DNA of 64,000 bases from NCBI RefSeq assembly GCF_009914755.1, contig NC_060931.1. The stretch is one strand, 5' to 3'. Within the stretch, counting starts at the first letter, position 1. Each line of letters begins with the position of its first letter. Positions 51,171 through 64,000 of the stretch are shown piece after piece. Source of the stretch: the human T2T-CHM13v2.0 reference genome, Homo sapiens. Position numbers and translations under genes: made by a program. Below the pieces are notes generated by a model. It did not search any database, was not told the origin of the DNA, and saw nothing but the letters and a program-made list of their open reading frames with translations.

Positions 51171-53589
51171 CTGCCTCTTAAATTATTTTGCAATTCCCCG
51201 ATACTGTATAATTTTAGCTATGTGTTCAGTGTATTATACATAACTCTGATTCTTATCAAAATGTATCATTTTAGTTATTCCTTGGCTCATACATATAAAA
51301 TATGTACTATATGTTACACATATATGTAATATTACAGATTACCTATGTCATATTACACATGGATAGATGGATATCTGCTGCTTTCAGCTCACGTGCACAA
51401 CCTCAGTAGTGGTATCCACCATTTGACGTGTGCACACTGGAGCCAGCTGGAGCGGGTACTCATGGCTGCCTACTTGGCATCCATTCCTCTTCCTCTACCT
51501 TCCTTCCTAGAATAACCCAAATGCTGTTGCAGTATATATGCTTTCATGATAGTGACAAGCTCTCTCGAGCTACCCTGGGCTACCAGGGAGGACTCAGGGT
51601 TGGAGAGAGCCAGACCGCACATGCATGTGTGCACAGCCCCGTCCATCCCCTGTTCTTGCCACAAGCAAGCATGCAGCCCTGACTGCTATTGAGAAACAGC
51701 CTTCAGATGAAGCCATTGCAGAGAGAGAGAAGAACGTGGGTCCTAGGTGACAGCATTGAGCAGGGCTGTATCTCACCTTGCCTGGGGCCTGGCCTGCTTC
51801 TGTACCTGTATGGATGATACAATAGATGTCCTTATCCTTCAAGCCAGTTTGAGTTGGAATTCTCTGCTGCTTTGCAGCCAGAAACAGCCTAGGTAACATT
51901 TGGGTATTCAATGAGATACAGGCCCGGCCCTCAGAAGGTTATATTCTAATTAGGTGACAGTTATAATTGGGGAAATCAGATTTCTGCATATGTCACACTG
52001 TAAAAAATTACAAAGTAATTTAAATAATAAAAAGCTATAGCGACTGCATTGTGGGCACAAATGCTAAGGAAACCTTTGAGAGGAAGGCTTCCTACAGAGA
52101 TGTGCAGAGGCAGATTTTGAAGGGAGCAAGGAAAGGTGGACATTCGGGTGGCGGCTGTGGCAGAGGAAGAGCCTGAAGGTCAGGATGTGCTGATGGTCTT
52201 TATCTGAGAGTAGAACATTCTTGTAGAGAAGTGAAAGAAAGATTGGAGACCACTGGGAGTGAAAGGAATGGAATTGGATTTCTTAGGATTGCATGTAAGA
52301 AGTGAATGTAGATAATCTCAAATCGTTTTTGGCAATATAAAAAAATCCTAATATCTGCATACAGTAGAGAGGGTTGGCTGCAGGAGAGCCTGGAGTCAGC
52401 GGGGACATTGAAGACGTCTTTACAATGAATGTAAAAATTAAGCGAGCAGGTCAGAGGTACTGCAGAGATAAGAACAGTTTCGACTTTGTGGATTAGGAAG
52501 TAAATAGGAAAGAGATTGGGAATGTCAGGGAACAGGGATTGAATGGGCCTGTGTGAGGTAATAAAGGGGGAATGCTGCAATCAATCTGTTAAACTTCAGC
52601 TATTACAAGGCTGTCCAAAAAAGTACCTTTGGTGTGTAACTAGAGTAGCTTCCAGTGTCATTTGGCGGAGAGGAGGGGTGGGTGGTGTGGATCATGCTGA
52701 GGAAGAATGACAGAGATTTTTGATTCATCAGCTATGCCTCCCAAACTTTGGACAGGTGTCATTCTATCATATCCCCATACAACCTACACAGTTATTTAAA
52801 TTGACTTAAACCCCCAAGTCTTCCCTTAGGCAACAATTCCATGAAATCATAGGTTTTGCTGTTTCAGATATATTTTTCCATGATATACAAAAATGTCGCT
52901 ATGAAAACGTTCATCCTTGTACCGCCTGAAAGCATCTTGCATCCCACCGTGGTCCTCATGCCCCCTGCTTTGGGAAAACTGGTGTGTGAGAACAAGCGGA
53001 GTCAGCATGAAGGGCTGGGGCACCCGGGAAAAGCACGGAGACATTGCTAGGAGGGGCCGGTGTCTTCTCAAAGGGTGAAAGGGAAGAGACATCGATTTAA
53101 CAAGCAGCCCTAGTAGCTGCAACACAAAGGCATTTGCTATAATTGGAAGCTGAGAAACCAGGCTTTAGGGAATGAAAATCTAAACCAGTGTTTTTAAAAC
53201 TGTAAACTGTGACCCACTCATGGGTCATGAAATCAATTATGAGTCAAGTACTGTAAAATAATAGTTTACTTTAAAATGAAATGTAATAGAGGGCTGGGTG
53301 CAGTGGTCCATGTCTGTAGTCCCAGCTACGTGGGAGGGTGAGGCAGGAGGATGGCTGGAACCCAGGAGTTTTAACCCAAGGCAACATAGTGAGACCCCCG
53401 TCTCTTTAAAAAACAGAAAGAAAGGGGAAAAATCAGGTATGTGAGAGAGGACCAGGATTTTTTTTTTTTCCTTTTTATGATCAGAGACTACATAATAAAG
53501 AAATAGAGTGTACATCTTCGGATGCCTCTTGACCGAAAGACGTAGTCATTCATATGGGATATGAGTTAAAGGAATGTTCTTGTCACTAA

Positions 53590-53991
<402 letters not shown>

Positions 53992-54053
53992 TAAGTTGCA
54001 AGTAATATGGTGAAAAATTAGTGTGTACCAACTTTTGTCATGTTGGTTGTGCT

Positions 54054-54469
54054 TGATATGGTTTGGATCTGTGTCCCCACCCAAATCTCATGCCCAATTG
54101 TAATCTCCAGTGTTGGATGTGGGGCTGGTAGGAGGTGATTGGATCATGGGGGCGGTTTCTCATGAATGGTTTAGCACAATCCCCTCAGTGCTGTCCTCGT
54201 GATAGTCAGTGAATTTTCATGAGAGCTGGTTGTTCAAAAGCATGCAGTGCCTCCCCTCCTTCTTGCTCCTGCTCCCGCCACGTGAGGTATGTGCGGCCCC
54301 TTCACCTTCTGCCATGATTATAATTTTACTGAAGCCTCCAGAGAAGCCGAGCGGATACCAGCATCATGCTTCCTGTACAGCCTGCAGAACTGTGAGCCAA
54401 TTAAACCTCTTTCCTTTATAAATTACCCAGTCTCAGGTATTTATAGCAATGAGAGAATGGACTCATACA
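54054..54469 (+). mobile_element. MSTA-like MaLR solo LTR with an intact 5-bp TSD
   Basis: TG...CA termini (tgatatggtttggatc ... ggactcataca); TSD gtgct at 54049-54053 and 54470-54474. Confidence 0.9.
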
Positions 54470-55556
54470 GTGCTTTTTAAAGGGATATGCAGGTATCTAA
54501 TTCTACATATCTGGAGGAAATGTCCCCCTCACCTCCCCGACACACACCCCTGTATGTGTTGCAAAGCGTAATGACTACTTGGTATTTCTATTTTCTTTTT
54601 AAACAGCAAAAATTAAAAAGAAAATTAGCCGGACACGGTGGCACGCGCCTATAGTCCCAGCTACTCAGGAGCCTGAGGCGGGAGGATTGCCTGGGAGGTG
54701 GAGGCTGCAGTGAGCTGTGATCACATCACTGCACTCCAGCCTGAGTGACAGAGTGAGAGAGCCTGTCTCAACAAAAAAGTTTAAGAGAAAAATGGTAATG
54801 GTTGACTATTTTCCTGCTGAGAAGTGGGCCTGGGTGATAGCGAAACCCAGTCTCAAAAAAAAAAAAAAATTTAGAAGAAAAATGGTAATGGTTAATGATT
54901 TTTCTGCTGAGAAGTGGGCAATTACGCAAACTTTACCTCTAGGGAATGGTTTGCATGTTAAGATTGGAACCAGAGCAGGGGAAGGGGTTATGGTCCTAAA
55001 TCCTACCAAACTCAGCAGTTCCTGTCGCTGTGTTCCTAAAGATCTGTGGATGACAGTAATGCTTGACAACAGTGACATATGCTGACACGCTATACTAGCA
55101 GTTTGAAAACTGGCCAGAGGACTCCTGAGGGTCCATGAAACCTTTTCAGGGAGTCTACAGGTGGAAACTTTTTGTGCCAACACTAAGGCGTCATTTGCTT
55201 TTTACCCACCATTGCTTTTCCCCATCAATGTCAGCACCGTGGCAAATTCTGGTGCCTTAATTCACATCAACAAGGCAGTGGCAAACTGTGACAACCTCCT
55301 ACTCCAGGGGAGAAGGCCAGTGTCACTTAAGAAGGTCTTTGATAATGCCATACATTTATTCATTTTGTCAAATCTCAGCTCTTGAGTATGTGTCTTTTTA
55401 ATATTCTGTGTGATGAAATGAGAGGTGCACATATAACTTTTCCGTTGCAAATTATGATGATGTTCTTGAGGAAAACATGTGCAATTGAGCTGCTTTTAAA
55501 ACCCTGAAAAATTGTAGTTATTTGGACCTGGGTATTTGGTAGACAGTTTTTTTTCA

Positions 55557-56261
<705 letters not shown>

Positions 56262-56301
56262 TTACACACTGCGGCTAACCTTCAAGAAACTACCACTTGT
56301 C

Positions 56302-56740
56302 CTCTGGGTTCATCCATGTTGTCACAGATGACATCAGGCTAAGTGAAATAAGCCAAGCACGGAAAGACAAGTACTGCATGAGCTCACTTGTAGATTATAA
56401 ACAGTGAAACTCATAAAGGCAGCGAGTAGAATGGAGGTTCCAGAGACTGGGGCTGGGGTTGGATGGGGAAAGGCAGGAGGCTGGCCAAAGTGTACAAAGT
56501 TTCAGTTTCATGGGAGAAATAAGTTCTGATGTATCGCACAGCACTGTGACTACAGTTAATAATAAAGACTGCTAAGTGTAGATTTTAAGTGTTCTCACAA
56601 AGAAATGATAGGTATGTGAGGTGACAGATACGTTAATTAGCTCGGTTTAATCATTCTGTATTGTATACACATATCACAGCATCACAGTGTACCCCATAAT
56701 TATATACGATTTTTATTTAGCAGTTAAATATTTAAAAAAC
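56302..56740 (+). mobile_element. L1MA 3' fragment with a short 5' inversion
   Basis: An antisense piece of about 30 bp (ctctgggttcatccatgttgtcacagatgac), then sense 3'UTR; TSD accacttgtc on both sides. Confidence 0.8.
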
Positions 56741-57065
56741 CCCACCACTTGTCAAGAAGGCTATCCACAATTATCTGAAGAGGTAAACCAATACACTCCT
56801 CTCTTTTTTTCCAACCGCCTATCTGTCTGAGGCTCGATTTTCTTCATGTGCTTCAACCAAAACAACATATGGCAACAGACCGGGTGCTGAAGCAGATCTG
56901 AGAATTCCACCGAATTCTTCTAACCCAGACATGAAAAAGCTTTGCAGCAATGTAAAAGGAGTTCTTTTTCACAAAGATGGATTTATGCTAATATGTAATG
57001 AGTTTATTACTGATCTTTTCAGATAAATTAATATTTAAAAAGTTTTAATTTATAATATGGTAAAT

Positions 57066-57147
57066 TCTTTTTCTTTTTTCTTTTCTTGTTTTGCTAATCT
57101 TCTCTGTATCATCCCAGTTTTAGTATATGTGCTGTCAAAGCAGGCAC
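57066..57147 (-). pseudogene. U6 snRNA retropseudogene, 3'-truncated (U6 nt about 1-56) with an A-rich tail
   Basis: Reverse complement of 57092-57147 is GTGCCTGCTTTGACAGCACATATACTAAAACTGGGATGATACAGAGAAGATTAGCA, a diverged U6 5' half that includes the ACAGAGA box. The A-rich tail is 57066-57091. TSD: ataatatggtaaat (57052-57065) and acaatatggtaaat (57148-57161). Confidence 0.93.
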
Positions 57148-57962
57148 ACAATATGGTAAATATTAGTAGATGGAACCCAATATCCAAAAAAGCCCATTGG
57201 GTCTCTTTTTTCTTTTTGAGATGGGGTCACCCAGGCTAGAGTACAATGGCATGATCGGGCTCACTGCAACCTCTTCACCCCCAGGCTCAAGTGGTCCTTC
57301 TCATGAGTGGCTGGGACTACAGATGTGAGCCACCACACCTGGCTAATTTTTCTGTAGTGATGGGGTTTCACCACGTTGTCCAGGCTGGGCTTGAACTCCT
57401 GGGCTCAAGCGATCTGCCCGCCTCAGCCTCCCAGAGTGTCAGGATTACAGATGGAAGCCACCACACCCGGCTTGTTTGGGTCTCAATAATTATGAGTACA
57501 CAGGGGTCCTGAGACCAACTGATTTGATAACTACTGAACTGCCGTACAGCAAGACCTCAAGCTCAGAAATAACTCAGGCGCTAATGAAAGTTAAAGGAAA
57601 TATCCCTTTCCTCCTTTTCTCTGAACTTAATGCCCTAGAATTGTGTGAGGTATCAACAGAAAAAACTTTAATCATCATAGCAGAGCCTAGTACAGCTATA
57701 ATCCAAATTTCTACTACCTTCTATAAACCAAGAGGTCCTGTTCCCTTTATCTCAACCACATCATTAGTAGTGTTTTCAGTGTGAAAAAATTATCATTAAA
57801 TTTGCTTGTTAAAAAAAAATACGTTAGCTTTTTGCCTAAATACCACATACATATTTTAAAGTGCAAGGGGTTTTAGACTATTCTAGTGCTGATTAATATA
57901 GCTTCAGTCCCCTTTAGATAGAAAACAGGAAAAAATTTGTCCTTATGAGTACTGGATAATTA

Positions 57963-58463
<501 letters not shown>

Positions 58464-59211
58464 TCATAATGACAGAAATCTGTCAAATTTCTATTCCTCA
58501 AAAGAGACTGAACCCTACTTAAGTTGATAAATACCCTTATATGCAATATAATTTTACTTGTTTAAAAATTATCATAATTATTTTAGATGTTTTAAATCAT
58601 GGTGTTTTCAAAATGAGGATAATTTCTTTGTGTTTTATAGATGCTGGGGTTTTCTTTATCTGTTTTTGGACAGACAAACCCATCCTTTTGAAATAGTCAT
58701 ACAGTGTTCATTGGCTGATCATAGATATGCCAACCAGGAAAGCCTTTCTTCCATTTAACTTTGTCTTCAAAGAAACGTGTCTACAGGATGTCCCATGGTG
58801 AAGGATGAGGACGAGGCTTGCAGCAAGCCATCCCCTGGCCCGCCTTCTGTGCTGCAGTCTTCTTGCACCCCAGACACAATCACAGCATTGCTAGCTTCCC
58901 CTCCTTAACTCATATGGCTCACTGATGTTAGTCATTTCTATTTTTTCTCTATGCCTATCAAGACTACCTCTCACAAATGCACCTTGCCCCCAAACCCTTC
59001 CTCCCACTGTCCATATAGTTATGAATTCTTTTGCTATGTCAATATTCAAGGTTTCAACTTATTACGACTATGCAAATACTACTGATACCTGAGCCAAACC
59101 ATATAGTGTACTATAGTTCACCTTCCTTTTTGTCATTTTTCTCCTGTGCTTTTACTATGCTCAGTCTGATATTGGAGAAAGTGCCAGAGACAGTAAAGGG
59201 AGACAAAGTAG

Positions 59212-59601
<390 letters not shown>

Positions 59602-60039
59602 TGAGGAGAGGGACTCAAATGACAAGTATTACTCGGGAAATATGTGAACAAGTCATTATATTTTTATTTTTTTACTTGTTATTTCTTGGGTATTCTTTCA
59701 GAAAGAAACAGCAATAGTTTTGTATTCTTGAAGGACACCACATCAGAGAAATGAAAGGGTACGCCATCTCTGGACAGCCCTACACTGCCATTCAAAGGTA
59801 TTTGGCCCAAAAGTACTCTGTGCGGCATTGCTTTTTCCATTTTCCTCTTCAAAATAGCCTATTAGATATGAGCTGATCGCTCCTAAGAATCGTGAGCCCT
59901 CCTTAATCTCTCTGCTGCTGGACCCTAACACAGCCCATGCAGAATCACCTGTGTGTGAAGTAGCACCCTGGGCAAGAAGCCCACAGCTGCTTGGTGGCTT
60001 GGCAGCCTCTCTAGGACTAAAACTCAGTTTCCAAGGGTA

Positions 60040-60420
60040 GTTTAGCAATGGTAAGGAGTATGGATTCTGGACATACTACCTGGGCTTAACCCTGGCTTGA
60101 GCAATTTATTAAATTGCTCCAGGACTGGCTACATAATTTGCCAGATCCAGAGCAAAAAGAAAATGAGAGGTCCCTTGTTCAAAAATTGGGAATTTCCAGA
60201 CTATGACAATAGAGCATCAAATCAAGGATGGGACTCATCTAAACACAGGGCCCTGTGTGCTGTGAAACATCCATGAAGCTGCTCGTGCCTCAGTTTCCTC
60301 ATCTGTAAAATGGGATCGTAGCAGCACCTACCTCATAGAGCGGTAAGGAATATGTGAGTTAATTACACAGACAGCACTTATAAGAGTGCCAGCACTTAGT
60401 AAGAGCTCAGTAAATTATTA
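60040..60420. mobile_element. MIR interrupted by a MER45A-like hAT-Tip100 MITE (about 60120-60285)
   Basis: 'caggactggctacataatttgc...cttgttcaaaa...acagggccctgtgtg' sits between MIR halves ('gcctcagtttcctcatctgtaaaatggg'). Confidence 0.75.
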
Positions 60421-60802
60421 TCACACCCCACATAGCCTACACTTTGAGTCAGGCCATCTCAAACATACTACCCAAATCTGGTGAAAATTCATTTAGTTAT
60501 TTCTCTGTGACATGGTAAAAGTCAAACAGGCAAACTTAATTTGTAAATTTCATTAACAGCAATACAGCTGTTTGAAACCCTGGAATTTTTATCAGTAAAC
60601 AAAAACTCAGTCTAATTTTTTTAAACCTGAAACCTGAGTAGCACTATATTGTGCTTTATTGTAGTTAAGTTTTAAAAATTATAAGTACATAATCATTTAT
60701 CATAGCCATTGATAACTATAAATTTGTTATCTAATGAATGAGTCACGAAAAACTGGAAATAACCAACAATTTTAAAAGGATGACAATACAAACTACGTTT
60801 CA

Positions 60803-63066
<2,264 letters not shown>

Positions 63067-64000
63067 TCACAGATCCCAGAGCACCTACAAAGTAAGAGTT
63101 GTTTTATGCATTTGCCAAATCCATTGAAAATTATTTTAAGACTGAAAATAACATTTTCAAAAATTATTTGCCACCAAATGTGCCTGATCTAATTCAGTAT
63201 TGGGGTGCGAACACACGCCGAAACAGTACAAAAATAGGCTTATCCCAAGCACATTAATGAAGAACATGTTATAAGATGATTTTAAACTAATCTGCAGCTC
63301 TATCACTAAGCATCTAGCAGAACACATTATAAGCGTTCTATCAGGTTATTTCTGGTGTAGACAAACGAAAAGCCAGTTTCTATTATTTGACTGGTGCCCA
63401 TTTGTATTAAAGGACTAAGATGGAAAAGAGGCAAAGAATTTCCTAATTACTGATGACAATGATCTGCTGAGTCAAGTCAGAATGTGATTCAGTAAGATTG
63501 GAGGGGAAGGGAATGCAATATAATGGATGGGTACAGTATTGCTGGTACTGTGTTGAGCTGCAGGAAGATTTTGCTGACTTTCTTGAGAAGTGAGGGGATC
63601 TGGTGCCTGAGCAATCAACCATGATTCATAGTAACTTGCTACAGTGCTGTTTGAACAGAAATAAAATTTGACCTTTTTCTATGCACCCAAGCCACTCAAC
63701 AAAATATATTTGTAAATACAATTCCATCTTCTGACATTGGATCTAGGTGGTTTATTTAAAAAGCTGGGTCTTTATGATTTTGTTTTGCATAGACTTAAAA
63801 AAAATTTGTGTTTGTTTTATCCAGGCCATAGATTCCTGCTCTACTGCTCTTTTTGCCTCCTGCTTCTGTTTCTCAGAAAAATAGAAAATTGACTTTGCTT
63901 TGTTCAGGGGAGTCCATGGCATGTCCACCACTCCCATTTAAGTCAGGTTAACAGGGTAAATGCTGACGATGCACTGAGTCTACTGGTTCTAAAAGCCCTT

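Noticed and set aside
57066-57147. Functional U6 snRNA gene
   Set aside because: Only half-length, with multiple substitutions, an A tail and a TSD, and no upstream PSE/TATA; it is a retropseudogene.

Overview
Human (or closely related hominoid) genomic DNA, very rich in Alu and L1 repeats, lying inside PRKAG2 (AMPK gamma-2 subunit), which is transcribed on the minus strand. The only protein-coding sequence I can support is one 70-bp exon at 36622-36691. It is canonical exon 5 ([23 protein letters not shown]) and carries the start codon of the short gamma-2 isoform, inside a CpG-island internal promoter at about 36.3-37.6 kb. Sequence to its right is the upstream intron; sequence to its left is the downstream intron, whose branch point and pyrimidine tract appear at the extreme left edge of the window. 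The rest is interspersed repeats (Alu, L1, L2, MIR, MaLR/ERVL LTRs, hAT and Tigger DNA transposons), a truncated U6 snRNA retropseudogene, two minisatellites (30-bp and 34-bp units) and several small tandem duplications. Nearly all ORFs in the supplied track are repeat- or GC-content artefacts. I see no demonstrable new biological system. The best leads are a candidate recursive (AG|GT) splice site 0.6 kb into the downstream intron, an out-of-frame uORF overlapping the short-isoform start, a CpG-dense VNTR with a hairpin in every unit, and a tiny poly(A)-tailed LTR-derived insert. Repeat subfamily names are from recalled consensus sequences, and repeat boundaries are approximate.
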